64,000 bases of DNA from the NCBI RefSeq assembly GCF_006345805.1, contig NC_043018.1, positions 5,704,001 to 5,768,000 of the forward strand. The letters run 5' to 3'. Both the position numbers and the translations under genes were made by a program. Positions 24,390 through 39,569 of the stretch are shown here, in pieces. Each line of letters begins with the position of its first letter. The stretch's first letter is position 1. Below the pieces are notes generated by a model, which saw only the letters and a program-made list of their open reading frames with translations, did no database searches and was not told the DNA's origin. Source of the DNA: Octopus sinensis. Its lineage: Eukaryota.

Positions 24390-25654
24390 AATTTTGGAAG
24401 CAGGAGAGGTTGAAAAGGCCTCCCTAGCAGATATTCGGGCATTCCTCAGAAAGGAGCTCCTGATGCTGATGAAAATTGGGACCCAAAGAAGGAGACGAAA
24501 GGGGAGGACAAGGGAGAGAGACCTGCGTCCCTGGCTAACCCCCACAAATTGATAAAGCAGCTCCTCGGTCAGAAGACGACCGGTCGATTGGCTTGTTCCA
24601 AGGAGTATCTACCAGTGTTTAGAACGACAGTGGTAGATACCAACCACTGAACTCGTGCAAGGCATTTATAACGTCACTTCAACCAACATCATCATTGTTC
24701 GACCGTGGTCGAGACAATGGAATTTACCATGCTACGCCAGACTTCACGATCCATCATGTCATTACGGAGGTCTTGTTGCTGGATGCCTGTATCCCCGGAG
24801 ATTACATCAGGGAAGGAGAGTGTGTGCCCTCTGGTATTGCGAGTAGATGGCTTCCAGAGGAGAAGAGTAGAAATTACCTCGTTTTCAGCTCTACAACAAT
24901 GTCCAGCAAACTGGACTCTTCTACCTTTCACAAGAGATGATACAGGTGGTAATTTCCCATATATTTGTACTTTGGTTGGGTGACACTTCCACGAGAGATT
25001 TTGAGCTCTCATAAGGAGGCAAGTGTAAGTTCCATCCAACCGCCTCTCAAGCTTCTTTGATAACGTCCAGGTTTCTGAGCCATATAGTGGAATTCAATTT
25101 GGAGGAACCTTGCTTGAAAGAACTAAAAGCGGTAGTAAGAAGAGTAAGATCTAACTCAGATTTGGGTCCGAGTGGAATCCTATACAAGGTCTATAAGAAC
25201 TGCCCAAAGTTACTCTATTGGCTGCAGGATGCCCTGAAGATAATCTGAGAAGAGGAGAGGTCGCACGTGTGGAGATATGCTGAAGTGATATACATACCCA
25301 AAGGGAGAGAACTGAGAATATCGACCAATTTTGCATTATCCCTTTGTTGAGAATGGAGTGCGAGATTTTCTTCGGCATTGTATTTGAGAGACTCGCCAAC
25401 TTTCTGCTCAGCAATAATTACATCGACATTCGGCATGTCAGTACAGACGTGGGACACATCGACAGTCTCTAGTTGCCTTGAACACAAAGCTGTGATAATC
25501 CTGCTCATTAGGGAGACACAAAAAGAAAAGGGGGAACTTGGTTGTGTTGCGGCTGAACCTGGCCAACGCCTCTACCTCGATCCCACATAAACTGGTTGAA
25601 TTTGTACTAGAGAGAGGAGAAGCGTGAAGGAGAGAGAAACAGAAATAGACAGAC

Positions 25655-25685
<31 letters not shown>

Positions 25686-25686
25686 G

Positions 25687-25749
<63 letters not shown>

Positions 25750-26310
25750 ATGTATCCAGAAGATAAAAGACTAAGTTGAGGGTTTACTCTGACCATCTGA
25801 CATTAGGTTTGCACCAACCAGAAATGGGAACGATCACTGGGTGCAACTTCTTGGTCAAGTCAGTTGAGGAGATGGTGCTGGGGTATCTTGCGCTTGACAA
25901 AACTAAGGCAAACCACCCATCTGAGCCTTCATCGATGAGCTCACAGTCCAAAGAGCTAAATGGACCCTCGGGACAGTAGAGAGCTGGCAGAAACGTGAGC
26001 ACGCCGGGCAAAATGCGTAGCCGTATTTCGTCTGCCGTTACGTTCTGAGTTCAAATTCCGCCGAGGTCGACTTTGCCTTTCATCCTTTCGGGGTCGATTA
26101 AATAAGTACCAGTTAAACACTGAGGTCGATATAATCGACTTAATCCGTTTGTCTGCCCTTGTACAGACGTGGGACACATCTAGACACAGTCTCTAGACAC
26201 ATCAACAGTCTCTCTGCGTTTAGCCCCTTGTGGGTAGTAAAGAAATAGGTATGGGCTGGGATGAGATTCAAACTTGCAAAATCCCCACTTGCATGTTTTG
26301 AAGAACCCCA
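24390..26310 (+). mobile_element. Fragmented HERO-like (RLE non-LTR) retrotransposon RT relic, interrupted by an RTE fragment, microsatellites and SINE A
   Basis: Colinear degenerate blocks: ANPHKLIKQLLGQKTTGRLACSKE; GPSGILYKVYKNCPKLL; RRGEVARVWRYAEVIYIPK; CLEHK..LIRETQKEKG; LANASTSIPHKLVE; MGTITGC..LVKS; PPI*AFIDELT (FMDD equivalent); WAGMRFKLAKS. Family assignment is from recalled HERO motifs. Confidence 0.75.
24688..25085 (-). mobile_element. RTE-clade LINE 3' fragment inserted antisense into the HERO relic
   Basis: YGSETWTLSKKLERRLDGTYT..RRVQFAGHCCR..LLLWKP..MMDREVWR..STTVEQ, (GAT)n tail. Same family as 40443-40875. Confidence 0.88.
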
Positions 26311-26489
26311 TCCTGAAACCCCAGAAATATTACTAATAATGCAACCCATAGTACCCATAAAGATTATCTTAGAGCGTGTTATTACACAAGGGACAGGTTT
26401 ACAGTTACCACAACACAATCGTAATACCAACAATATTCTATCTACTACACATATGCATGATCTAAAATGTGTGTGTGTGTCTGTTTATG

Positions 26490-26910
26490 CATATATATTT
26501 CTTTACTGCCCACAAGGGGCCAAACATAGAGGGGACAAACAAGGACAAACAAAGGGATTAAGTCAATTACATCGACCCCAGTGCGAAACTGGTACTTTAT
26601 TTATCGACCCCGAAAGGATGAAAGGCAAACTTGACCTCGGAGGAATTTGAACTCAGAACGTAACGACAGACGAAATGCCTATTTCTTTATTGCCTACAAG
26701 GGGCTAAACACAGAGAGGACTAACAAGGGCAGACAAAGGGATTAAGTCGATTATATCGACCCCAGTGCGTAACTGGTACTTATTTAATCGACCCCGAAAG
26801 GATGAAAGGCAAAGTCGACCTCGGCGGAATTTGAACTCAGAACGTAGCGGCAGACGAAATACCGCTAAGCATTTCGCCCGGCGCGCTAACGTTTCTGCCA
26901 GCTCGCCGCC
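26490..26910 (-). mobile_element. SINE A dimer
   Basis: Two bodies joined at aaagaaatag|gcatttc, one tRNA-like head. Confidence 0.85.
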
Positions 26911-27269
26911 TTTATGCATATACGTGATCCAGTACATATCCTCAGATAAAATATCAATTAAATATTATTAATCCGTACGTTGGTCGTTTAATCATGTGTT
27001 ATAGATTGAATATGTGCAACGTCTGCATCGAAACGCATGAGACACAAGGGAAATAATCATTATTGTAATTCCTAAATAATTACATCCCTTTACCCACTTA
27101 ATTGGTTTCAAATTTTGGCACAGGGCCAGCTATTTGGGGGAGAGAGTGAGACGATTACATCCACCCCACTGTTTATCTGTCCCTGAAAGGAAAAAAAAGG
27201 CAAAGTCAAATTCTACAGAATACCCTCTATTGCTATGACAACTGCAACACCATAACCTCGTTGTTGTTG

Positions 27270-27337
<68 letters not shown>

Positions 27338-27429
27338 CACATCCAACGACATACAATCTCTTTCGTATCAATAAAACTATATAAAAACTATAATTACACA
27401 CCCTCTTTTTTTTTACTGCAACTATACAC

Positions 27430-27723
27430 ACACACTCATATGGCACAGAGGGAGATACATATATGTACACATATATGTACATATATGTACACATAAATAT
27501 ACATACATGTGTATGTATATTTATATATGTATATATATATATGTGTGTGTGTATGTATATTTATATATGTATATATGTATGTATATATATATATATGGGT
27601 GTACATGTATGCACATGGGTGTATACATGTATGGATGTACATGTATACACATGTATGTATGTGTGTGTGTGTGTACGTGTATACATGTACACCCATGTAT
27701 ATGTATGTGTACACATGTATATA

Positions 27724-27755
<32 letters not shown>

Positions 27756-27904
27756 CATTCATATATATATTACACACACAAATTGTATGTATATATGTGG
27801 GTATATATATATATTTACACATGCATGTATATTTATACACACACACACACACACATATACATATATATATATATATATATACGGAGAGAGAGAGAGAGAG
27901 AGGG

Positions 27905-27954
<50 letters not shown>

Positions 27955-27955
27955 C
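27430..27955. repeat. Compound (TA/TG/CA/GA)n microsatellite
   Basis: Direct inspection. Confidence 0.95.
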
Positions 27956-28619
27956 TACAGCATGGCCACAGTTCTCGAGCCGAAACTAGTAAAAGAATGT
28001 ATATAGTCAATAAAGCGGGTCGTATCTGGTGTAGCTGCGATAGTGAAAGTAAGAGGGTGTGTCTATCTAATGCGATACATTCAGCGGAAGTAGTATCTTA
28101 TAAAAAAAAAAGTAATCAGCAGCAAATGTAGTTTACACTTCCAATGAAACAGAGAAACTACTTTAGGCGAACAGAGAAAAAAAAAAGAAAAAAAAAAGCT
28201 AACTCTATTTGATAATACTTCGGAAAGAAAGCAGATACAGGGGGGAAAAAATACCTAACTCAGCCTAAGATGGTTAAAAGTCCGTGTGAATCTAGTCAGA
28301 AGAGGAAAGGCAGGAGACAGTAATGTTTGCCATTGTCCAGAGCTTGATGTCCTTAAACATCATCACTTATGTTATTGTCAAATCCATCCCAGTTTTTTAA
28401 AGTATTTCTAGGTATGTATAACAAATATTGGTATTTTTTTAGGGACATTGGAGGTTACTGTTGTCTTCTGTGTTGGTTCAGTAACCTGTTGTATGTATTA
28501 ATTTATTTATCTCTTTATTTGTGTGTTTGTATGTTTTGCTATTAGACGAATATTTTTGTTTGTGTGTGATTATACCTACCTATCTGTACATCTATCTAGC
28601 CATCAATTCACCTAGCTAT

Positions 28620-31600
28620 GTTACTGTGTTTGTATCGTGTGTGTCTATATATATTTATATATTTTTATAGATTATATATGTATATTTATATATTTTTTAC
28701 ATATATCTTTATATGTTTGTATAAATATATATTTGGTGTGATTGATCATATAGAGTATATATATGGATCTATATATATATGTATATATATATTTATAGAT
28801 ATATATATTATAGTATATAGTATTATTATATTTATATGTATATATATAGTTATATGTATATATAGTATATTAATGTATATATATAGTATTTATATGTTAT
28901 AGATAGAGGGTATATATATTGATGGTATATATAGAATATTTTATATATTATATGTATATATATATATATATTTATATGTATAGATATAGGAGTTAGATGT
29001 ATAGTATATATGTATATTATATAGTGATATGGTTATAGATATATATATATATATATTATAGATATAGTTTAAGATAGTATATATATATTTATATGGATAT
29101 TATATTATATTGATATATATGGATATATATATTTATATATATATGAATATAGGATATTTATGATATAGTGTATATATATGTATATATATATGTATATATA
29201 TATTATAGATTAGATGTATATTGTAGTATTTATATATATGTATATATTTGATTATATATATGTATATATATATTTATATATATATGTATTATATTAGATG
29301 TATATAATATGTATATATAGTATGTTATATATATGTAATATTATGTATGTATATAGATAATATATAGATATGTATATATATAGGTATATATATAAGGGTA
29401 TATATATATAATATATAAGGTATATATATATTGTATATATATGTATATATATTTTATATATATATGGATATTATATTTATAGATATATGTAGTGGATATA
29501 TATATATATAGGATATATGTTATATATATATTTATATATATATGTATAGATAATTATATATAGTTACTAGATATATTTATATATATGTATAGGATATATT
29601 GTTACATATATGTAGATAATATGTTATATATATGTATATATAGATATATATATTGTATATATATTGTATAGAGATAGTATGATAGAGGTATATATATATT
29701 TATATAGATGTAGAGTTATTATATGTATATTCTATATATGTAGATATATATATATATATATGGATTATTTATATATATGTATATATAGATTTAATATATG
29801 ATATTTAATATGTATATGCATAGATTGTAATATAAGAGGTATATTTATTATATGTATATATATATTTAATATAGGTATGTTATAGATGTATATATATATT
29901 TATATATATGTATATATTTATTTATATATAGGATATTTACTATATAGGTATATTTATTTATAGTAGTGAGATTTATATATATGTATATAGATTTATTATT
30001 TTATATATGTAGATATCTATGTATATATATATGTATATATATGTATATATATTTTATATATATGTTATATATATTTATATATATGGTATATATAATTTAT
30101 ATATATGTATATATATATTATATATATGTATATATAGTATTTTATATATATGTATATATATATTGATATATATGTATATATATATTTATATATATATGTA
30201 TATATATATTATATATATGTATATATAGATATTTATATATATTGTAGTATATCTTATAAGATATTATATATATATTTATATATATGTTAGATATATATAT
30301 TTATATGTATATATATATTTATATATATAGATATACAAATATTATATATGTATATATATATTGTATATTTATATATATACTTATACATATATAATATGTA
30401 TATATATATTATATAATATATACATATATATATATGTATATATATATTTATATATATGTATATATATATTTATATATATATCTTATACATATATTTAGAT
30501 AGATGTATATATATATTTATATATATATAATATACATATATATGTATATATATATTTAGATATAGTATATATATAGATTATATATAGATTATAATATATA
30601 CATATATATATATGTATATATATGATTATTATATAGTATTATATATATTTATATATATGTATAGAGATATATATATATATACATATTATGTATATATTAT
30701 TTATATATATGTATATATATATTTATATATAATATATATACATAATATCTATGTATATATATATTTATATATATGTATAGATATATGTATATATATATGA
30801 TATATATATTTATATATATGTATTATATATTTATATATATGTATAGATATATTTATATATATGTATAGATATATTTATATTATATATACATGTATTATAT
30901 AGTGTATATATATATTTATACATGGATATATATATATGTATATATATATTTATATATAGGTATATATATAGATATATATATATACATAGATATATATGAT
31001 ATGTGTATTAGAGATTTATACAGGTATATATATTATGTATTATATAATTTATATATATGTATATATCTATGTATATATATGTATATAATATTATATGTAT
31101 ATATATATTTAATATAATATATATATATTAAATATATATATAGTATATATCTATATATATGTATATGTATATTTATATATATGTAATATATAGATATATA
31201 TAGTAGATTGTATATTATTAGTATATATGTATTATATAGAGATAATATATATATATATGTATTATGGATATTTATATATATGTATATATATAATATATAT
31301 ATATATATGTATATGTATATTTATATATATGTATATATATATGTATATATGTATATATATATGTAATATATATATTTATATATGTATATATTATATATAT
31401 ATGTATATATATATTTAATATAGTATATATATATGTATATATATGGATATATAATTTATATATGTATATATATATTTATATATATATATTTATATATATG
31501 TATATATATATATTTATATGTATATATATATATTTATATGTATATATATATATTTATATATATGTATATATATATTATATATATTTATATTATATTTTTA

Positions 31601-34285
31601 TATTATATATATATTTATATGTATATATATATATTTAATATATGTATATATATATATTATATATATGTATATCTATATATTTATATATATGTATATATAT
31701 ATAGTTATATGTATATATTATATTTATATATATATATGTATATATATTATATATATGTATATATATTTTATATATATGTATATATATTATATATATGTAT
31801 ATATATATATATATATGTATTATATTTATATATATGTATATATATATTTATATATATGTATATATATATTTATATATATGTATATATATATTTATATATA
31901 TGTATATATATATTTTATTATATGTATATGTATATTTATATATATGTATATGTATATTTATATATATGTATATGTATATTTATATATATGTATATGTATA
32001 TTTATATATATGTATATATATATTTATATATATGTATATATATATTTATATATATGTATATGTATATTTATATATATGTATATATATATTTATATATATG
32101 TATATATATATTATATATATGTATATATATATTTATATATATTGATATATATTTATATATATGTATATGTATATTTATATATATGTATATGTATATTTAT
32201 ATATATGTATATTATGTATATGTATATTTATATATTGTATAGTATATTTATATATATGTATATGTTATATTATATATATGTATATGTATATTTATATATA
32301 TGTATATGTATTATTTATATATATGTATATGTATATTATATATATGTATATGTTATTTATATATGTATATATTATTTATATATATGTATATGTATATTTA
32401 TATATATGTATATGTATATTTATATATGTATATGTATATTTATATATATGTATATGTATATTTATATATATGTATATGTATATTTATATATATGTATATG
32501 TATATTTATATATATGTATATGTATATTTATATATGTATATGTATATGTATATTTATATATATGTATATGTATATTTATATATATGTATATGTATATATA
32601 TATATGTATATGTATATTTTATATATATGTTATGTATATTTATATATATGTATATGTATATGTTTATAATATGTATATGTATATTTATATATATGTATAT
32701 GTTATTTATATATGTATACATGTATATTTATAATAGTATATTTATATATATGTATAATGTATATTTATATATAGTATACATGTATATTTATATATGTATT
32801 TATATTATATATATATATAGTAGGTATGTATATATTATATATGTGTATATTTATAAATATACATATATATATTCATATACACATATATATTTGTATATAT
32901 ATACATATATTTAAATATGTATATATATATCTAAATATGTATATATATATTTATATATGTATATATATGTGTGTGTGTGTGTGTGTGAATGTATATATAT
33001 GTGTGTGTATATATATACATATATGTGTGTGTGTATGTATATATATATATATGTGTTTATGTATATATATATATGTGTTTATGTATATATATATATGTGT
33101 TTATGTATATATATATATATGTGTTTATGTATATATATATATGTGTTTATGTATATAATATATGTGTTATGTTATATTATATATATGTGTTTATGTATAT
33201 ATATATATGTGTTTATGTATATATATATATATGTGTTTATGTATATATATATATATGTGTTTATGTATATATATATGTGTTTATGTATATATATATATAT
33301 GTGTTTATGTATATATATATATATGTGTATGTATAATATATGTGTTTATGTATATATATATATATATGTGTTTATGTATATATTATAATGTGTTTTGTAT
33401 ATATATATATATAGTGTTTATGTATATATATGTGTTTATGTATATATTGGTGTGTATATTTATGTGTGTGTGTATTTTTATGTGTGTGTGTTGGTATATT
33501 TATGTGTCTATATTTTTATGTGTGTGTGTGTATATTTTTATGGTGTGTGTGTATTTATATATGTGTTGTGTGTGTATATTAATATGTATATATGTGTGTG
33601 TGTGTATATTTTTATTATGTAATAGGTGTGTGTGTGTATTTATATATGTATATATGGGTGTGTAATTTATATATGTATATATGTGTGTGTGTATTTTATA
33701 TATGTATATGTGTGTGTGATATTTATATATGTATATGTATAGTGTTTGTTTTTTTGTGTGTATATTTATAATGTATATGTTGGTGTATATTTATATGTAT
33801 ATGTATATGTGTGTGTATATATATATATGTATATATGTGTGTGTGTGATGTGTATATTTATATATGTATATGTGTGTGTGTATATTTATATATGTATATA
33901 TGTGTGTGTGTGTATATTTATATATGTATATATGTGTGTGTGTATATTTATATATGTATATATGTGTGTGTGTATATTTATATATGTATATATATGTGTG
34001 TGTATGTATATTTATATATGTATATATATATATGTGTGTATGTATATATATATATGTATATATGTGTGTATGTATGTAGTATGTATGGTGTATGTATGTA
34101 TATATGTATGTGTGTATGTATGTATATATGTATATATATGTATATATATATATGTATATTTATGTGTATATATATGTGTATTATATTATGTATATGTATA
34201 TATTAGTGTATATTATATATGTATATATTTATGTATATATATATATGTATATATTATGTATTATATATATATGTATATATTTATG

Positions 34286-34317
<32 letters not shown>

Positions 34318-35100
34318 GATATATATATGATATATTTATATATGTTTTAAGTTTATATATTATATTAGGTATATATATATATGTATATATATATATGTAT
34401 ATATTTATGTATATATATATGTATATATTTATGTATATATGATTGATTGATTCTAGTTTCAGCTCACGAGCTGTGGCCATGCTGGGGCACCGCCATATAT
34501 ATATTTATATATGTATGTATATATATATTGATGTATGTATATATATATTGATGTATGTATATATATATTGATATATGTATATATATATATATATTTATAT
34601 ATGTATGTATATTGATATATATATATATGTATATTGATATATATATGTATGTATATTGATATATATATGTATGTATATTGATATATATATGTATGTATAT
34701 TGATATATATATGTATGTATATTGATATATGTATGTATATGTATATTGATATATGTATGTATATGTATATTGATATATGTATGTATATGTATATTGATAT
34801 ATGTATGTATATGTATATTGATATATGTATGTATATATATATTGATATATGTATGTATATATATATTGATATATGTATGTATATATATATATTTATATGT
34901 GTGTATATATTGATATATGTATGTATATATATATTTATATGTGTGTATATATTTATATATGTATGTATATATATATTTATATGTGGTATATATTTATATA
35001 TGTATGTATATATATTTAGATATATATATATTTGTATATATATATTTATACATGTATATATGTGTGTGTGTGTGTATATATATGTATGTGTGTGTGTTGT
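28620..35100. repeat. ~6.5-kb AT-rich low-complexity/minisatellite field
   Basis: Continuous TA-based sequence with sub-arrays such as tatatttatatatatgtatatg, tgtgtttatgtatatatata and attgatatatatgtatgtat. Confidence 0.97.
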
Positions 35101-35534
35101 GTGTTGTAAATATGTGTTGCTCAGTGTATGCGGGCAAGTTAGCATCTATCTGTCTGTCTGTCTGTCTATCTGTCTATCATCGTTATACACATATATCTCT
35201 GTGTGTGTATAGCATACATGTATGCATTACTGAATAGAAACTCATTTTTCTTTCCATCGAACACAAGGTTTATATACAATTCTGTCGCTCTTTCTCTGTC
35301 TGACTCTCCTCTTCGCCCTTAACAATACACAATTATTAAAATTCCACACACTTGTAACAACAGATGGGTACCGAGCACTTTAGCTCGAAAACAAACGTGT
35401 ATAGATGCTTGTGTGTGTGTGTACACGGGGAGTGGAATCTGTGCTTCTCTCATCAATGAAAAAGGCATGAACGACGATGAATTGCTCTTTGAAAAATGTC
35501 TCATTCTGCTGTTCCTAACCAAGAATTAGTTTTG

Positions 35535-35585
<51 letters not shown>

Positions 35586-36034
35586 CCATGCATACCTATA
35601 CGAGAAAATAAACAAACGAAAGCACTCAATACATTTTATTAGAGTTTCGTATATTTAATAACAGTTTGATTTCAGCATCATTCACAGTTACTTAGTGTTC
35701 CGTGGGCGTAAATCCATTTCATCATATATACATATATATCTATATATATACATACATACATATAAAACACACTCTCACACGTAAGCGGTGCTCCAGCGTG
35801 GGTTTTCGTCTTATTCAATACTTTTAAACAAATTAACGAGCATTTGTTCAATATTATTTTTTGTCCTATTTCGTTCCGAGTCCAAAAATTAAATTCCGTT
35901 TTTGTTTTAAATAAGTCACCATATCGATTACCCACTCCCTCTCAAAATTATTGGACTTTATACCTAAATTTGAAACATTATAATAATAACAATAATAATA
36001 ATAATAATTATTATTATTATTGTTATTATTATTA

Positions 36035-37245
36035 AGGTGGCGAGCTGGCAGAATTGTTAGCATTCTGGGCGAAATGCTTAGTGGTATTTTTCGCCCGTCA
36101 TTACGTTCTGAGTTCAAATTCCGCTCAGGTCAGTCAACTTTGTCTTTCATTCTCTCGGGGTTGATAAAATGTGTATCAGTCGATCACGGGTGAGGAAAGG
36201 GGGTCGATGTGATCGATTTACCTCCTCCCCAAAATTACTGGCCTTGTTCCAAAATTTGAGAACTTTATTGACTGGCAGAATCGTTAGCATGTCAGAAGAA
36301 ATATCATGTGACATCATTCTCTCCGGCTCATTGCGTTCACAGTTCAAATCCCAACGTAAACTTTTGTCATGCATTCCCTCTGGTGTGGTGGTGGTGGTGG
36401 TGGTGGTGAGGTCAATAAAATAAACTATTAGTGCTCAACGGGTACTTAATTTAAGAGTTGATGTTAATGACTTATACCCTTACCTCAAAATTGCTAGCCT
36501 TGTCGTCTGTACCTTCAGGATTGATAAATTAAGTACCAGTTGAACACTGGGTTCGATGTAATCGATTTAAACCCCCACCACCACCCCTCGCAGAATTTCA
36601 AGCTTTGTGCGTAAAGTAGAAAGATTTACTGTTACTTAGGCACCGAGCTGGCAGAATCGTTAGCACGCCGGGTGAAATGCCTAGCAGTATTTCGTCAGAC
36701 GCTGCGTTCTGAGTTCAAATTCTGCCGAGATCAACTTTGCCTTTCATCCTATCGGGGTCGATTAAATAAGTACCAGTCATGCACTAGGGTCGTTATAATC
36801 GACTTAATCCCTTTGTCTGTCCTTGTTTGTTCCTTCTGTGTTTAGCTCCTTGTGGTTAGTAAAGAAATAGGTATTTCGTCAGCCGCTACGTTCTGAGTTC
36901 AAATTCCGCCGATGTTGACTTTGCCTTTCATCCTTTTGGGGGTTGATAAATTAAGTACCAGTTACACACTGGGGTCAGTGTAATCGACTTAATCCCCCTG
37001 TCTGTCCCCTCTGTGTTTAGCCCCTTGTGGGCAATAAAGAAATATGAGTCGTTAGCATGCAGGGCAAAATACTTAGTGGCATTTTGTCTGCCCTCTCGTT
37101 CTGAGTTCAAATTCTACCAAGGCCAACTCTGCCTTTCAATCTTTCAGGGACAATAAAATAAGTACCGGTTGAGCACTAGGATCAATATAATCAACTTACT
37201 CCACTCCTTCTGAACTTGCTGGCCTCATGCCAACATTTGAAACCA
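36035..37245 (+). mobile_element. Cluster of SINE A copies including a multimer at about 36640-37020
   Basis: Repeated ggcgagctggcagaa heads and ttctgagttcaaatt B-box. Junction aaagaaatag|gtatttcgtc at about 36868. Confidence 0.8.
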
Positions 37246-37603
37246 TTATTACCTCCACCTTAGCAAAAGCGGAGGTATTGTTTCCAGTAGTATTTATTTG
37301 TTTGTCTGTGTACAAGATATCTAAAGAACCACTTTATGGATTTGGTTGAAACTTTCAGGGATGTTTGACCTCGTAACTGGCATGAACTGGTTAGATTTTT
37401 GGAATCGATCTGGTACCAGACAAGGATTCTGGATTATTTTTCCAGTTTTTGAGAGCAGTCGGGTTCATTTTTAGTATTTTCGTTTGTGAGAGCTGTCGAG
37501 TTTATTTCAGATATTCTCATTTTAAAAATCATCTCCGGCTAATCATTGAGAGGGCGTTGGTGTTGCCTTGGTGGAGTTTTGCACTCTTTTAAGTGCTCTT
37601 GTT
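37246..37603 (+). mobile_element. Helentron-associated (HINE/DINE-1-like) non-autonomous element
   Basis: ttattacctccacc start, sub-terminal inverted ccttggtggag, gtttgtctg microsatellite, 3' hairpin gcactct..aagtgc, T-rich flank. Confidence 0.55.
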
Positions 37604-37864
37604 ATTATTTTAAGTTTGTTAGCTGACAGAATCGTTAGCACACCATACAAAATGCAATCCATTGCAGGGTTAATCATTTTTGCCAGCCGAGTGAACTGGA
37701 GCAATGTGAAACAGTGTTTTGCTCAAAAACACATGTTGCCTGGTCGAGGAATCAAAATCACAGTCACATGATCATGTGTCCAACACACTAGCAACTTAGC
37801 CATGTGCCTCTACACCCTCAAGTTACCGGAAGATGATTTGCATAAGTGGTACAGAGGATTAGAG

Positions 37865-38100
37865 AAGGCGGCGAGCTGGCAGAAACTTTAGCACGCTGGG
37901 CGAAATGGTTAGCGGTATTTCATCTGCCGCTGCGTTCTGAGTTCAAATTCCTCCAAGGTCAACTTTGCCTTTCATCCTATCGGGGTTGATAAATTAAGTA
38001 CCAGTTATGCACTGGGGTTGATGTAATCGACTTAATCCGTTTGTCTGTCCTTGTTTGTCCCCTCTGTGTTTGGTCCCTTGTGGATAGTAAAGAAATAGGT
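37865..38100 (+). mobile_element. SINE A monomer, full length
   Basis: Complete consensus. Confidence 0.9.
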
Positions 38101-38286
38101 ACAGAGGATAGGATAGGGCAAATGGATAGGTAAGTTTGTGAGTGCAAAAAGGGAGTGGATGATAGAGGGGAGGGGAATGCAGTAAGTGGTTAACATGGGT
38201 GGAAGGAGGAGTTGTTGAGTTGTGGGGGAGAGATCTATCAGGGACAGATTGTATGCAAGAGCATAGACATACATGTGTCTTTAGGG

Positions 38287-38616
38287 CAGGACTGGCCAAC
38301 CTGAGGTCTGCAGGTCACATGTGGCCCGCAGACTTTTATCTTGCGGCTTGCTTGATACTTTCTTGAAATAGGTTTATTTAAACAAACATTTTAAAAATTT
38401 TATCAAAGATTAAAGATTGTAATGAAAAGTAAAAAAGAAAGACACTACTGTTTTTGCAACAATAATATTTCATGTTGCATCAATGATCATTCATTCATTA
38501 TTGCAATAATAGCATGAGAAAGCAAAATGCTTTCAATTCTGTCAGTATACAAGTGGTCCTCAAAAACTTTCTGTGACTGAAGTGGTCTGTAATGTAATTT
38601 GAGTTGGTCAGGCCTG
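38287..38616. mobile_element. hAT-type MITE
   Basis: Ends caggactggccaac / gttggtcaggcctg; 8-bp TSD ctttaggg/ctttaagg. Confidence 0.75.
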
Positions 38617-38644
38617 CTTTAAGGCCTTGTTTCTTTTACATGAG

Positions 38645-39115
38645 GCTAACCGGCTTCCGTGCTAGTGGCACATAAAAGGTACCATTCGAGTGTGATCGTT
38701 ACCAGCATTGCCTTACTGGCACTTGTGCCCCATGCTAGTAGGGTGCTAAGAGCACCATCTGAGCGTGATCGTTGCCAGAGTGGCTAACTGGCTTCCGTGC
38801 CAGTGGCATGTAAGAGGCACCATTCGAGTGGGAACGATACCAGCATCGCCTTACTGGCACCTGCACCGTTGGCATGTGTAAAAAGATTCGAGCGAGGTCA
38901 TTGCCAGTACCACCTGAATGGCCCCCGTGCCGGTGGCACGTAAAAGCACCCACTACACTCTCAGAGTGGTTGGCGTTAGGAAGTGCATCCAGCTGTAGAA
39001 ACCCTGCCAGATCAAGACTGGAGCCTGCTGCAGCCATCTGGTTCACCAGCCCTCAGTCAAATCGTCCAACCCATGCTAGCATGGAAAGCGGACGTTAAAC
39101 GATGATGATGATGAT
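38645..39115 (+). mobile_element. RTE 3' UTR fragment (family C)
   Basis: Internal ~65-bp modules and a gcggacgttaaac(gat)n tail. Confidence 0.85.
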
Positions 39116-39569
39116 GGATGGGACTTCTCAAGCGCAGTGTATACAAGTTGGGAAAAGGTAACTGCAAGAGTTATATTTTTAATTCATTGAGAATATTATC
39201 ATTCTTGGATATTCCATGCTTTTCGTATGTAGGCCAATGGAGCTTGCTCTCAAAGAATGTTATCCAAGAGTGGATGCTACTCTCAATTATCCATTGATCA
39301 GTACAGGACAAGAGGACACAAGCTAGCTTAGAAATATTGCAACTTAAGTTAGAATTTGAATTTAGCCATTTACCATTTAAATTGGCCATATCTGGCCCAA
39401 ATATTCTACCTGTTTTATGCTCAAACTGTTAAGATCTGGCCTCTTATGCCTATGCTACAATGCCATTCTAAAAATATACTATCACACCATTGAAATCTCA
39501 AAGCTACAAGCTAATGCATGATTAATTCAAAACAATGTGGATAAATAAGCATTTCATTTAACAGAGAAG

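Noticed and set aside
26261-26650. 129-aa plus-strand ORF as a host gene
   Set aside because: Begins in the HERO relic (WAGMRFKLAKS) and ends in antisense SINE A sequence.
28252-28486. Minus-strand exon-like segment (VTEPTQKTTVTSNVPKKIPIFVIHT*)
   Set aside because: Acceptor lacks a polypyrimidine tract, all frames hit stops before the donor, and there is no homology.
27436-35237. Dozens of long ORFs (up to 383 aa) rich in Y/I/M/C/V
   Set aside because: Translations of (TA/TG)n low-complexity DNA that lacks stop codons by composition; no domain or splice support.
37865-37960. tRNA genes suggested by A/B-box motifs
   Set aside because: These are heads of high-copy SINE families; no complete cloverleaf, and they continue into SINE bodies.
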